Sequence record: OR327750.1
DNA from: Escherichia phage KK4
Reading direction: 5' to 3' (one strand)
DNA: 64,000 bases
The notes beneath the pieces were generated by a model that saw nothing but the letters and a program-made list of their open reading frames with translations, was not told the DNA's origin and ran no database searches. This document shows, piece by piece, positions 52,919 to 62,857 of this stretch (position 1 is its first letter; the number at the start of each line of letters is the position of its first letter). The translations under genes and the position numbers were made by a program.

Positions 52919-53385
52919 TAGTAAAGGTCCTCGGAGTAAAGTTCTTTTTCACTACCACCACGTTCAATACGCACTTGTCCAGCGTAAGTTGCAATAATCA
53001 TTGCTTCTTCACGTGTCCAGTAATTGCTATACTGGTCAATAAATCCTTGGTCTTCACCACAAACATGGTCTGATACAAGTTTATCACTTACCTGGTCAAG
53101 AACTTCAGCCATATCTTTAGAATAATGACGAGCACCAGGAATAACCAGAGTCCCACCATCTTTTAACTTAAAGCGGTTGGCTGCACACACAATTCGACGT
53201 TGATATTTTTCATTATTGTTCCAATGAGCTACTTGCCAACAGATTTCAGGAACCTCTTCTAAAACATCCTCTTCCGTATATTCGGTGTAGTCGCCATAGG
53301 CCTGTAATTTAGCTGCTAGACTTTCTGGAGTTTCACGTAATAAAGCCAGGTCTAATAATTCAAGACGCTCTTTGAAGGTTTTCAT
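52918..53385 (-). CDS. Hypothetical protein
   Basis: 155-aa ORF, ATGA overlaps on both sides. Confidence 0.6.
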   Translation of the reverse strand: MKTFKERLELLDLALLRETPESLAAKLQAYGDYTEYTEEDVLEEVPEICWQVAHWNNNEKYQRRIVCAANRFKLKDGGTLVIPGARHYSKDMAEVLDQVSDKLVSDHVCGEDQGFIDQYSNYWTREEAMIIATYAGQVRIERGGSEKELYSEDLY

Positions 53386-53537
53386 TTGGTTTCCTCAACA
53401 CTTTTAATTTTTATAGCTTGTTTAGAACTTTCAAAGCATTGACAATATACTCTTACCGCATCAAACTGGTTGGCCGCTTTAAGATGGACTACACCTTCGT
53501 CGTTATAAAATTCTACGACAATTTTAAATGTTTTCAT
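53382..53537 (-). CDS. Small hypothetical protein, 51 aa; not in the supplied ORF track
   Basis: ATGA overlaps at both start and stop; hand-translated [51 protein letters not shown]. Confidence 0.5.
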   Translation of the reverse strand: MKTFKIVVEFYNDEGVVHLKAANQFDAVRVYCQCFESSKQAIKIKSVEETK

Positions 53538-53863
53538 TTAAACCATCCTTTAATACGTTGCCATAAAGTTTTCTGTTGAGCTTTGTTAACACCAATTGAA
53601 CGAATAACTGGTTGAGATTCCTGAAATTCTTTATAATCAGCAAGGTAAATTTCGTAAGCTGCATCCGTAAATGAACTTATCGCTGCCATAAAATTATTGC
53701 GAATACCTACTGGAGCATCTTTACTTTCACGAATAATCATGTATTTACCAGTCTTAATCTTTACGATAGTTCCAAGATAAGCTCCATGGTACCAGATGTC
53801 CCAACCCTCTTGAGTAGGTTCTACACAACGACGAAGTTCATTGACAATTTCTAACTTGTTCAT
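53534..53863 (-). CDS. Hypothetical protein
   Basis: 109-aa ORF. Confidence 0.55.
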   Translation of the reverse strand: MNKLEIVNELRRCVEPTQEGWDIWYHGAYLGTIVKIKTGKYMIIRESKDAPVGIRNNFMAAISSFTDAAYEIYLADYKEFQESQPVIRSIGVNKAQQKTLWQRIKGWFK

Positions 53864-53873
53864 TATTTATTCC

Positions 53874-54509
53874 TCACAGTTCAGATGCTACAGTGATTAC
53901 AGCTTCAATGTTTTCTGCCGAGCGTTTAATGTCAAGATACACATTACCGTTTTTAGCGATTTTACATGACATTCCGATATCAGTAAATTTCTGAATATGA
54001 TGTTCCATCATTTTGTATCCAAAAATTCGCATATTTCCATTATTGTTAATTTCAAAATTACGAATTCCGTGAGTGCGTTTTTCTAAAATGGCAAGATAAT
54101 TACTACGATAAGTTTCAACCTTTTTAAGAACAAATCCATTTTCATCTAAAAGTTTTAACATGAGGTCTTTATCTTCTTCCATATCAGAAGTAATCTCACG
54201 AGCTTTACGAGTTGCTCGTTTTTTCAGTAGTTCCGGAGCATTTTCTTGCGCGTATAAAGTTGCTGCATTTGAAATAATATCCTGAGCTTCACCAGTAATG
54301 ATTAATCCATCACCAGATTTCTCCACCAGGCCTTTTTTAATCAATACCCCAATATTACTATTAACTACTGCGTTACCTAAATCTGGATGCACCTCACGAA
54401 CTTCTGCAGCTGTAATGAAATCTTTCTTAGCAATAGTAATTAAAATCGCAGCAGTTTTTTCATTCAGAACATCGTTAGAAGCTTTGATGATGTAAGTTAC
54501 TTTAGACAT
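53874..54509 (-). CDS. motA: MotA, middle-promoter transcription activator
   Basis: 211-aa ORF matching recalled T4 MotA. Confidence 0.93.
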   Translation of the reverse strand: MSKVTYIIKASNDVLNEKTAAILITIAKKDFITAAEVREVHPDLGNAVVNSNIGVLIKKGLVEKSGDGLIITGEAQDIISNAATLYAQENAPELLKKRATRKAREITSDMEEDKDLMLKLLDENGFVLKKVETYRSNYLAILEKRTHGIRNFEINNNGNMRIFGYKMMEHHIQKFTDIGMSCKIAKNGNVYLDIKRSAENIEAVITVASEL

Positions 54510-54539
54510 TTTAATCTCCGTTTCAGTTCATTTATTTGA

Positions 54540-54575
54540 TAGGTCTATAGTATCATGTTTAAAGCAGAAGTAAAC
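54540..54575 (-). promoter_or_regulatory. T4 early promoter for motA
   Basis: Minus-strand GTTTACTTCTGCTTTAAACATGATACTATAGACC, 30 nt upstream of the motA ATG. Confidence 0.55.
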
Positions 54576-54614
54576 ACTTTTTTGCACTCTTTTTCAAGAG
54601 CTCTAATAAAGTAC

Positions 54615-54842
54615 TTACTTAATGTTCAGATTACGAACTTCGATTTCGTCTTCATGGGCAAAATCAAACTGTTTGAATTCTGTGCCACCTTTAAATTTAA
54701 AAATCATTGTGAAGAAAGTCAGAACACCAGGTTTTTCTTCACGAACTCCACAGATATCATATTCAATACCATCTACAACCAGTTTGTTAGCAGTCAGAGC
54801 ATTTTTAGCTTTAACGATTTCGTTTTCGATTTTAAATTTCAT
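54615..54842 (-). CDS. Hypothetical protein
   Basis: 75-aa ORF preceded by the early promoter at 54884-54920. Confidence 0.55.
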   Translation of the reverse strand: MKFKIENEIVKAKNALTANKLVVDGIEYDICGVREEKPGVLTFFTMIFKFKGGTEFKQFDFAHEDEIEVRNLNIK

Positions 54843-54940
54843 TTTTGTATCTCCGGGTTGTTTGTTTCAGTTCATTTATTTGATAGTTGTATAGTACCAT
54901 AAAGCTTTATGCTTGTAAACCGTTTTGTGAAAAAAATTTT

Positions 54941-54971
54941 AAAATAAAAAAGGGAGAGCCGAGGCTCTCCC
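54941..54971 (-). terminator. Intrinsic terminator (GGGAGAGCC-UCG-GCUCUCCC hairpin plus U-tract)
   Basis: Perfect GC-rich stem followed by UUUUUUAUUUU on the minus strand. Confidence 0.65.
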
Positions 54972-54976
54972 TAAAA

Positions 54977-55126
54977 TTACTGCATGACTGTGATAACTGT
55001 CATGATAACACGTTGAATTCCGAACGCAAGAAGACCTCCTGCTACGGCTGGAACAACGCCTAAACCCGTCAGTAAAATGCTACCAGATACTAATGCAGCG
55101 CTTGTAATACCAATGAATGGACTCAT
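54977..55126 (-). CDS. Small hydrophobic membrane protein, 49 aa; not in the supplied ORF track
   Basis: ATGA overlap with the gene 52 stop; hand-translated MSPFIGITSAALVSGSILLTGLGVVPAVAGGLLAFGIQRVIMTVITVMQ. Confidence 0.5.
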   Translation of the reverse strand: MSPFIGITSAALVSGSILLTGLGVVPAVAGGLLAFGIQRVIMTVITVMQ

Positions 55127-56451
55127 TTGATTTCCTCTAAATCTTTGGTGTATTCGGTAACTACATCAGTAGTTTTCCAATATTCGTTTTCTTCTTTTTT
55201 AGCTTTAGCTTCTTCAGCAAGTTTCTTTGCTTCGTCGGAAGTCATATGAAAAATATTCATTCCGACTAGTTTATCAACATAAGAAGAATACATATCAATT
55301 TTAGAAAGTTCTTCGGTCAGTTCTTTGCGAGTTTTACCCTGCACAACAATTTCACCTGAAATTACTTTCTTAATGAAATGTGCCTTGGCAAAGGCTAAAC
55401 GAAATGCTGATTCAGTTTCTTTGATTTTGTTATCAATTCGTTTTTGGACATAAGTTTTACGAACTTCAACAAAGTCTTTAATTAAATCAACTACGTTATC
55501 GTAAACTTGCAGCTTTCCTTTCTCATTAATGACTGTAATATTCTGAGAACGACGCTCAATCAGTCCGAAGTCTTTCATAATTTTTGCATGGCGTTCTTCT
55601 TCATTATCGCTCAAAGAGTATTCTTTTCGGAATTTAACTTTGAATCCAAAACCATGCTCACCACAAGCATCATCCCATGTAATGAAGCCTTTATCTTCAA
55701 GTGGGTCTAAGATTTTACTCACATAAGTTTCACGATCATACTTATACGGAATCTCAGTGATATGCATTTGAGTTCGTGAAGTAAACTTATATGTTCCACG
55801 AATTTCATATTGCCCATCAATTTCAACGACTTCACCACGAAATTCTGGGAATTCTACCTTCGGTTTAGTTACTTTCTTTCCTTGAAGAGCTTGCAGTACA
55901 GCTTTCTTAACAGAAGAAACACTATGAGGAAGAATGTAAGTTGCATAACCAGTTGCAATACCGGAAACGCCATTAAGAAGAACAGTAGGAATAACAGGCA
56001 AATAGAAAGCAGGCGGAATGTGTTCTTTATCTTGATGTACCGGAGCATATTCAGTATCTTTATATACGTTATAGAAATTTTTACTTACACGAGCAAAAAT
56101 ATAACGACTTGCTGCTGCCTTTTGGACAGTACGAGAACCAAAGTTTCCTTGACCGTCTAACAGAGGAAAGTTATTATTCCAAGTGTTAGCCATCAAAGCA
56201 CCTGCGTCTTGCGCAGAGTTTTCACCATGATGATATCCAAGGTCCGCTACACCACCTGCGATAGAAGCGAGCTTATGAAACTTATCTTTATTTCCTCGTG
56301 CCAAATCAAGAGCTCGAGCAATAACAAATCGTTGAACTGGCTTAAATCCGTCAATCATATTTGGAATGGCACGATTTTCAACCGTGTACATAGCATAAGC
56401 CAATGCTTCATTATCAATGATACTTTTTAAATCACGATTATTCAGTTGCAT
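55123..56451 (-). CDS. 52: gp52, DNA topoisomerase II medium subunit (GyrA-like catalytic Tyr domain)
   Basis: 442-aa ORF matching T4 gp52 length and position. Confidence 0.93.
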   Translation of the reverse strand: MQLNNRDLKSIIDNEALAYAMYTVENRAIPNMIDGFKPVQRFVIARALDLARGNKDKFHKLASIAGGVADLGYHHGENSAQDAGALMANTWNNNFPLLDGQGNFGSRTVQKAAASRYIFARVSKNFYNVYKDTEYAPVHQDKEHIPPAFYLPVIPTVLLNGVSGIATGYATYILPHSVSSVKKAVLQALQGKKVTKPKVEFPEFRGEVVEIDGQYEIRGTYKFTSRTQMHITEIPYKYDRETYVSKILDPLEDKGFITWDDACGEHGFGFKVKFRKEYSLSDNEEERHAKIMKDFGLIERRSQNITVINEKGKLQVYDNVVDLIKDFVEVRKTYVQKRIDNKIKETESAFRLAFAKAHFIKKVISGEIVVQGKTRKELTEELSKIDMYSSYVDKLVGMNIFHMTSDEAKKLAEEAKAKKEENEYWKTTDVVTEYTKDLEEIK

Positions 56452-56455
56452 AAAT

Positions 56456-56596
56456 TTACCATACTAGTGAATGTAGTGCCATAATAACATCAGAAATGAA
56501 AAGCACGACTTGAATTAATCCGAACATTATTCCGTAATATAATGCTATCAATAAAATAGCAAGGGCTAATGAATAGCCCAAGATTTTCTTAATCAT
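56456..56596 (-). CDS. Small membrane protein, 46 aa (52.1 position); not in the supplied ORF track
   Basis: Hand-translated MIKKILGYSLALAILLIALYYGIMFGLIQVVLFISDVIMALHSLVW. Confidence 0.45.
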   Translation of the reverse strand: MIKKILGYSLALAILLIALYYGIMFGLIQVVLFISDVIMALHSLVW

Positions 56597-56747
56597 TAGT
56601 AGATAACAACACAAATGTTAAATATGCACACATACCCTGAGCTAAAGCTTGCGAAAACACACTGCTGGCATCAATACAGATAGTTAAAACACATGCTACT
56701 ATCCAACAAATAAATGAAATAACTCCTAATAATTTTGCGATATTCAT
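56589..56747 (-). CDS. ac: Ac-like small membrane protein (acriflavine sensitivity), 52 aa; not in the supplied ORF track
   Basis: Hand-translated MNIAKLLGVISFICWIVACVLTICIDASSVFSQALAQGMCAYLTFVLLSTND; T4 position between 52 and stp. Confidence 0.5.
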   Translation of the reverse strand: MNIAKLLGVISFICWIVACVLTICIDASSVFSQALAQGMCAYLTFVLLSTND

Positions 56748-56754
56748 ATTTTCC

Positions 56755-56835
56755 TCACTGGCGTCCGAAGACGCCTTTAGTTTTAAGATTATTACGATAG
56801 AACTGCATCACATGTTCGTTATGGAAATTACTCAT
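56755..56835 (-). CDS. stp: Stp, 26-residue peptide that activates the host PrrC anticodon nuclease by acting on EcoprrI; not in the supplied ORF track
   Basis: Hand-translated [26 protein letters not shown], matching recalled T4 Stp; start overlaps the ndd stop (TAATG). Confidence 0.8.
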
Positions 56836-57293
56836 TAATATGCCTGCAAAACAAATTTAAAGTTATCAGCCAACATACGGTTCATTTCTTCAAGTGTTTG
56901 ATACTCAGAATGATGATTACGAGTAAACGCTAAAGCTAACTGTCCTTTTCCAAATCCCGTCGTCAGAGGTTTCATCTTAGAAGCAGGCAGATAAAATACT
57001 GTGTATACCATATTGTTATTTGCAATAGTACGTGCAAGCTGAGACCGACGTTGACGAATATGACTTAGAACTGCACTGAATCCTTGCTTAGAACGCTGAT
57101 TACCTACATAAAATCGTGCAGACACACATGGATTACTAAATGGACGACCATCTAATTTACTTACTAAAAAATAAAATCCAGGTTTAGATAAAATATCTTT
57201 ATGCGGAGTTCCCAAAAACCACTCACCACCCTTGATTGTACCAATAACAGTAGCGCCTGCATTATTCAGATCAGTAACAGTCATGTATTTCAT
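56835..57293 (-). CDS. ndd: Ndd, host nucleoid disruption protein
   Basis: 152 aa from internal Met [25 protein letters not shown]…. Confidence 0.85.
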
Positions 57294-57351
57294 ATTAATT
57301 TCCTCTAAATTATTTTCTACTCCAAGGCCACATGAATACGCGGCCATTAAA

Positions 57352-57567
57352 TTAATCGTCGCAGTCGACGCTCAATTCCCAAAACTCTTCTACTGTATAA
57401 GTTTCAGTATCATTTTCAATACAGAAACGTTCATTACTATTATTTGCTAAAGTAGCATTAACTGTCGGTTTCTCGCTAGTGCTCTTAAGAGGTGAAATAC
57501 GAATTAACTGATCACCGTTATCTAAACAGAAAATTTCACCAACTTTTACATCTTTAAAACTTTTCAT
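57352..57567 (-). CDS. Hypothetical protein
   Basis: 71-aa ORF. Confidence 0.5.
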
Positions 57568-57682
57568 AATTCACCTCAAGGAGTATAAAATCCAAATGCA
57601 GTTGTTGACCATCCCATCCAATATGGGAAATTTGCACCAATGTAAAACATGAGAATATAAAACCAACCACTCAGCAAATTCA

Positions 57683-57901
57683 TCATTTTACACCATTCCA
57701 AATTGTTTCAACCACAGATTTTAAACCATTTTGATGAATATCCATTCCGACTACCGCCATCAAATAGATTCCAACTACAACTGAACCTAAGGCAAAAATC
57801 AGCATGAAAATGAATAAAGCCGGAAAAATATTATCGAAAAACCATTCAATAAATGTAAAAGCACTGCGTTTACGCTTCATATTTTCCTCACATAAATCCA
57901 A
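57683..57901 (-). CDS. Small membrane protein
   Basis: 72-aa ORF with a hydrophobic transmembrane segment. Confidence 0.45.
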   Translation of the reverse strand: MDLCEENMKRKRSAFTFIEWFFDNIFPALFIFMLIFALGSVVVGIYLMAVVGMDIHQNGLKSVVETIWNGVK

Positions 57902-58001
57902 AGTAAACGTTTAATACATCAATCATTAAAACGATTGGGAATATGCTCAAAACTATTAGTATTATAACTACATTCCATATAGCTTTAATAATCTTTTTCA
58001 T
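57888..58001 (-). CDS. Small membrane protein, 37 aa from the internal Met
   Basis: GGAGG ribosome-binding site before MKKIIKAIWNVVIILIVLSIFPIVLMIDVLNVYFGFM; the early promoter at 58024-58059 lies inside the longer 82-aa track ORF. Confidence 0.45.
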   Translation of the reverse strand: MKKIIKAIWNVVIILIVLSIFPIVLMIDVLNVYFGFM

Positions 58002-58244
58002 TTTCTGTTCCTCCGTAGTTGATAGGGTAATAGTACCACGGAAGAACAGTCTTGTAAACAACTTTTTTAAAAATATTCGTAATAAATGTGAATACCAACT
58101 ACTACCGCTGAAACCTGTGCAACCCACCACGCACAAGCAATAAGTACAGAATTTAAAATTTTCATAATAACCTCATTACAAAAGTAAATGTTAAACAAAT
58201 TACTGGAATACTAATTAACCAAACAAAACACCACCATAGTGAAC

Positions 58245-58520
58245 TCATAGTTCAATCTCAGCGATTTTCATTTCATTACTATTAATAGCCTCTTTAAGAC
58301 TATCTGAAAGAATTACATTCCAGTGGTCATTCATATGACCATTAACTAAGCGTGTAATTTCTTCAGGAGTTGAAAAATAAGGCTGATCGGACTCCCAATG
58401 CGATAATCCTAAGCGAGTATAAATCATGCCTTCATCATCGCTAGAATATTCAACTGACACAAACTCATCAGTTATTTTATGCTTAGCATAATAAAATTTA
58501 AATTTCATTTTACTCTCCAA
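58245..58520 (-). CDS. Hypothetical protein
   Basis: 91-aa ORF preceded by the early promoter at 58534-58572. Confidence 0.55.
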   Translation of the reverse strand: MESKMKFKFYYAKHKITDEFVSVEYSSDDEGMIYTRLGLSHWESDQPYFSTPEEITRLVNGHMNDHWNVILSDSLKEAINSNEMKIAEIEL

Positions 58521-58593
58521 ATCCGTATCAGTTGATAGTTGTATAGTACCACGGTCCTTGTGGTATGTAAACCGTTTTGTGAAAAAATTTTTT

Positions 58594-59151
58594 TTAAATG
58601 GAAAGATACCATCCGTTGTAGTTGCTTTTTCTTACAACCTTACGAAGGTCTTCTCTGTCACCGATGAACTTCGGAGTGTACTGGATGACACCTGGATGAA
58701 TTTCTTTAGTGTTGAATATAATTATACAGTCAGCGACTTGATGATTTAGAATGGGCCCTAGATTTATTCCAGAACCATATGGATACTCTCCGCTGCATCC
58801 TGTTGTCACCGAAATCCAACGTGAGTCAGTTTGATGTGTCTTAACTTCTACACGAAGCCCGCAGTATCTTGGATGCGCCAATACATCCCATGCATATGTG
58901 TACGGATCATCGACATCTTCTTGACCTTTATTAACATACCCGCTTAGCCAATCTGCTACAAAAAACTCTGCGTATACAGCAATACGACATCTTTCAATAA
59001 CTTCTGCTTTATCCTGGTTCGGGTTTTGTTTTAAAGAGTATCTTGCAGTATCAGCAATTTTGACCTTCATTTCACTAGTCAAGTCACTGTTCGATAGGGT
59101 AAATGTCGGAATCTGAAATAGTCTCTGTAAACCCGGATTCGTTTTCTGCAT
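58594..59151 (-). CDS. denB: Endonuclease IV (cleaves cytosine-containing ssDNA)
   Basis: 185-aa ORF matching T4 EndoIV length and position before rIIB. Confidence 0.85.
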   Translation of the reverse strand: MQKTNPGLQRLFQIPTFTLSNSDLTSEMKVKIADTARYSLKQNPNQDKAEVIERCRIAVYAEFFVADWLSGYVNKGQEDVDDPYTYAWDVLAHPRYCGLRVEVKTHQTDSRWISVTTGCSGEYPYGSGINLGPILNHQVADCIIIFNTKEIHPGVIQYTPKFIGDREDLRKVVRKSNYNGWYLSI

Positions 59152-59208
59152 TTAGACTTTCCTTTTATGTCTGAATCACTGGTATTCATATAATAAATCA
59201 TAATTTCT

Positions 59209-59232
59209 CTTAAAACAAAAGGGCCGAAGCCC
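59209..59232 (-). terminator. Hairpin GGGC-UUCG-GCCC flanked by U-rich tracts on both strands (bidirectional terminator-like)
   Basis: Plus aaaagggccgaagcccttattttattt. Confidence 0.5.
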
Positions 59233-59237
59233 TTATT

Positions 59238-59432
59238 TTATTTGAATTGTGCAATTCTTTTCTCTAGACATTCAGCATAAGATTTCATTGAGATAAACTG
59301 CGAAAGTAACAGTTCTTGCTCAACTGCATTAACTGTTAGAAACTTTGCGCTTTCTAAAAATTTGCTCAGTGCATTAATTTTGAGCATTAATTGATCGTAT
59401 TCTTCTTTTACTCGTGCTTGATAACCTAACAT
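59238..59432 (-). CDS. Hypothetical protein (denB.1 position)
   Basis: 64-aa ORF, coiled-coil-like. Confidence 0.5.
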   Translation of the reverse strand: MLGYQARVKEEYDQLMLKINALSKFLESAKFLTVNAVEQELLLSQFISMKSYAECLEKRIAQFK

Positions 59433-59460
59433 AATTTTCCTCAGTTAAGGGCCGAAGCCC

Positions 59461-60399
59461 TTATTTAAATTGTTCAGTAACGTCTTCAACTACTTCGTAT
59501 TGGCAGGTACGCATTTTAGCGTCGTTGTAATCAATCGGAATTGATACCACATCGCGAGGATGCACTTTAACTTTTACAACTCGACTAGTTGAACTGCCAA
59601 AGTGACGAATATAAGATTTAGAACACACATGCAGACCACGAGAACAAGTTTGTGTATCATCGTCATTCACACGAGTACGTGGCATTTTAACTACTTTACC
59701 CGGACTGTTATCAAAGGTGTTTGAGTGACAGTCAAAGTAGTTGTCACGAACTACTTTCCAAGCATAGAAGTAACCATCTTCTGTAATTTCAATATCATTT
59801 GCTACCAAGAAATCAAAGAGTCGAGATACCGCTTTTTGGCTTGGGTTTTCCAGCAGATTTTCCAAGAACGGAAAATAAAATTCAAAGTTTTCACCTTTTT
59901 CCATCGAATCGAGAATACGATCAACCAGACCAGACCGTAATTCGATATTTTGATAGAACAAGCTTCCACCTTCAATTCGAACATCGCCGGAAATATATTT
60001 TTCAACAGCGCGACGAACATTAATTTTTTGTGCCGCTTCTTCCAACTTATCCGCTACAAGCAGATTAAGAATTTCCTGGAAGTTTGAATGAGTATTAGGA
60101 GTTGCGTTATAAGTTACACCGTCAACAGTAATTGAAATGAATTTTTTAGATGCATTCCAAATAATGTCAGATTTAGCAACTGGAGCAATAACTGCATCGC
60201 TATTAACTTTAACTGTAATATCACCACTAATAGTAACTTTAGGGCGTTTAGCTTCTTCAGCATTTTTCAAAACACGACGGATTGTGTCAACCGATACACC
60301 TTGCCAATCAGCCAATTCCTGTTGGGTGTAATTACCACTTGAATACAGCTTAACAATTTCAGCTTGTTCGTTTTTGGTCAGGCATTTAATATTGTACAT
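59461..60399 (-). CDS. rIIB: rIIB, membrane-associated rapid-lysis protein
   Basis: 312-aa ORF, T4 length and position. Confidence 0.92.
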   Translation of the reverse strand: MYNIKCLTKNEQAEIVKLYSSGNYTQQELADWQGVSVDTIRRVLKNAEEAKRPKVTISGDITVKVNSDAVIAPVAKSDIIWNASKKFISITVDGVTYNATPNTHSNFQEILNLLVADKLEEAAQKINVRRAVEKYISGDVRIEGGSLFYQNIELRSGLVDRILDSMEKGENFEFYFPFLENLLENPSQKAVSRLFDFLVANDIEITEDGYFYAWKVVRDNYFDCHSNTFDNSPGKVVKMPRTRVNDDDTQTCSRGLHVCSKSYIRHFGSSTSRVVKVKVHPRDVVSIPIDYNDAKMRTCQYEVVEDVTEQFK

Positions 60400-60410
60400 A
60401 ATTTTCCTTA

Positions 60411-62588
60411 TTAGGCCGCAAGGGCCTTCATAGTTTTAGCGATTTGGGAAACTTCATCATCACTCAAAGAGTTACGATAACCGATGAAGTCGGAAACAAT
60501 ACGGAATTTCTTGGTAAACTCAGCAACCATTTTATCACTATTTTTTGAAGCATTACGTGATAATTCATCAAAGAGATTAGTTACTGTCCAGATGTCATGA
60601 CCGATGGTATCTTTTCCACCATTAAAATATACACCGCGCAATGAACTAACTATATTAGCGAGTCGTGTATATTCTTCAGAAACTTCATCTGTACTGAAGT
60701 ACTTCATCATAAAATCTAGTTCAGGATACTTGATAATTTTATCAATATATCGTTGAGCTGAACTTGAATAACCTACGTACTTATCATAATCTACATCATC
60801 AAAAGCATCTACATATAAATCACGCAGAGTTTCAAAAATACATTGGCACTGACCGAGTTCTTTTACCTTTTTCTGCAAAAGCGGACGAATAACATAAAAC
60901 TCATTAATGCCAATAAGATTAGCCATACGAATCAAAATATTCATAGATGGATGACAAAGAGATGTAGTACCATCCATAGAGAAAATATCAGAACGATGCA
61001 TATACGCTACATACCCAGTAATTTCATCTGCTTCTGATGTGAGCGTAAATAATTCCTCTTTTTCCCAGCGCCCGTCTTTAATTTCAAACTTAAATGCTGT
61101 AGCAGCTTTAGGACGAGGAGCTTTACTTTTAACTACCTTTGGAATATAGCTTTTAACTAAAGCTTCGATTTCTGACAAATAATGAATGTTAACTTCATCA
61201 CTTTCAAACATCGCCATAATATCAGGAAGCAAATCAATCTGCGATTCTACTTCTGGATTAATAAACAGAAGGCGTTCGTTGTGATGAATATTCAAAGTGT
61301 TATTAAATTCACTATCATCTAACGCATGTGCTAATCCACGGACAATATTAACACGATTTTTAATATTATCAATAACGATATTAATTTTTGTTGCATTAAT
61401 ACCAAACAGACGATAACTTGATGCAACGGCTGAAGTTTCATGACTTTGCTTAATGCGCTTCAGTCGAGGGTCAAGATTTACTTCATACACAACTCCTGCA
61501 TTACATAACTTATTGTCAGGTTCAAACATGCTCTGCATCTTTTTATATGACAGATTTTTAGTCGTGAATTTGACTGAATTACTAATCATATAATCTCGAG
61601 CAGAATATCCCATCTTCATCAATTCACGATATGTGTGACGAGGAGATGTAGATTCTTTAAATCGTTTTACATCTTCATTAAATGCTTTCTCACTGAGTTC
61701 TTTAACACGCTCAATAATATTTTTACGAGTACGATCATCTAGTGAAAGAGCTTCGCGTGATGGAGCAATATCAAGCGAACCCATTGGAAACTTAATGTAA
61801 TTCACTTCATTACGAATGCTTAGCCAGTTACGGTCTTTAATAACACCATCGATAGGATAAACAATACCGCCATAGATAGCATATAATCCACCACGATCAG
61901 GCCAGTATCTTTCTGGATTTATGCCGTAATAATCATCAAAATCCGGAAAATAATCAATTTCGCGGTCAAGACCATTAATGATAGCCAAATCTTTGAATGG
62001 TCGCATGATATAAGAAACTTCATAAGCAAAGTTTCTAAAGTCTTTTTCTTCAACTGGAACTACGATTTCAATACCAGTTTTATCATCTGGACCCATTTCT
62101 TTTACGAATGTAGGTTTAATCTGTGGACCATCACCATCCATGTAAGCTACATAACCACGAATTTCACCTTTATGATACGAAGTAATACTAAATGTATCAG
62201 TATAACTAAACGGAGATTTAGAACCTAAACCAAACCCGCCAATAAAGTCATTAGATTCAGCCTTAGATGAACTGAAGTATGAATTATATAACCCAGGAGA
62301 ATTATCATCACCCTGAATATCAAAATCACTCATACCCGGACCAAAATCTCGACAAACAAATCGCGGATCTAATCGTCCTGGAACTTGTATGATAAATTTT
62401 TCAGGATTTCCATTAAGTGCATGGGCATCAATCATATTAGTAATTAATTCACGGACTACTGCACGAATCTTGTTTGTATACAAATCAGATGACAGAATTT
62501 TAAATACTTTAGGAGATGCTGTGATGCTAAATGCTTTTGATTTAGAACCATTGCCAAGAATTGTTTCTTTTTCAGTGGTGATAATCAT
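60411..62588 (-). CDS. rIIA: rIIA, rapid-lysis protein with GHKL-type ATPase fold
   Basis: 725-aa ORF, T4 length and position. Confidence 0.93.
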   Translation of the reverse strand: MIITTEKETILGNGSKSKAFSITASPKVFKILSSDLYTNKIRAVVRELITNMIDAHALNGNPEKFIIQVPGRLDPRFVCRDFGPGMSDFDIQGDDNSPGLYNSYFSSSKAESNDFIGGFGLGSKSPFSYTDTFSITSYHKGEIRGYVAYMDGDGPQIKPTFVKEMGPDDKTGIEIVVPVEEKDFRNFAYEVSYIMRPFKDLAIINGLDREIDYFPDFDDYYGINPERYWPDRGGLYAIYGGIVYPIDGVIKDRNWLSIRNEVNYIKFPMGSLDIAPSREALSLDDRTRKNIIERVKELSEKAFNEDVKRFKESTSPRHTYRELMKMGYSARDYMISNSVKFTTKNLSYKKMQSMFEPDNKLCNAGVVYEVNLDPRLKRIKQSHETSAVASSYRLFGINATKINIVIDNIKNRVNIVRGLAHALDDSEFNNTLNIHHNERLLFINPEVESQIDLLPDIMAMFESDEVNIHYLSEIEALVKSYIPKVVKSKAPRPKAATAFKFEIKDGRWEKEELFTLTSEADEITGYVAYMHRSDIFSMDGTTSLCHPSMNILIRMANLIGINEFYVIRPLLQKKVKELGQCQCIFETLRDLYVDAFDDVDYDKYVGYSSSAQRYIDKIIKYPELDFMMKYFSTDEVSEEYTRLANIVSSLRGVYFNGGKDTIGHDIWTVTNLFDELSRNASKNSDKMVAEFTKKFRIVSDFIGYRNSLSDDEVSQIAKTMKALAA

Positions 62589-62598
62589 AATTTCCTCA

Positions 62599-62802
62599 TT
62601 AATTCATATTACGCTTAATAACTTCAGCAACTTCTAGTAGTTCATCTTTAGTTGCAGTGTCGGATTGAATTTTATCTCTAATATCTTTAAAGCGGTTTTT
62701 AAATTCTTCGGCTTCTCCCATATCGAAAAAGCGTTGAATGATTCTATATTCTCGATGAACTGCTTTATCAAAAAGTTCTAAATTTACTTTATATGATTTC
62801 AT
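62599..62802 (-). CDS. Hypothetical protein (rIIA.1 position)
   Basis: 67-aa ORF just upstream of rIIA. Confidence 0.6.
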   Translation of the reverse strand: MKSYKVNLELFDKAVHREYRIIQRFFDMGEAEEFKNRFKDIRDKIQSDTATKDELLEVAEVIKRNMN

Positions 62803-62827
62803 TTCAATATCCTCATTTGCCCAATTA

Positions 62828-62857
62828 ATTATACCACATCCTTGTGGTAAAGTAAAC
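62828..62857 (-). promoter_or_regulatory. T4 early promoter for rIIA.1-rIIA-rIIB (GTTTAC, 18-nt spacer, TATAAT)
   Basis: Minus-strand GTTTACTTTACCACAAGGATGTGGTATAAT; the -35 overlaps the gene 39 stop. Confidence 0.55.
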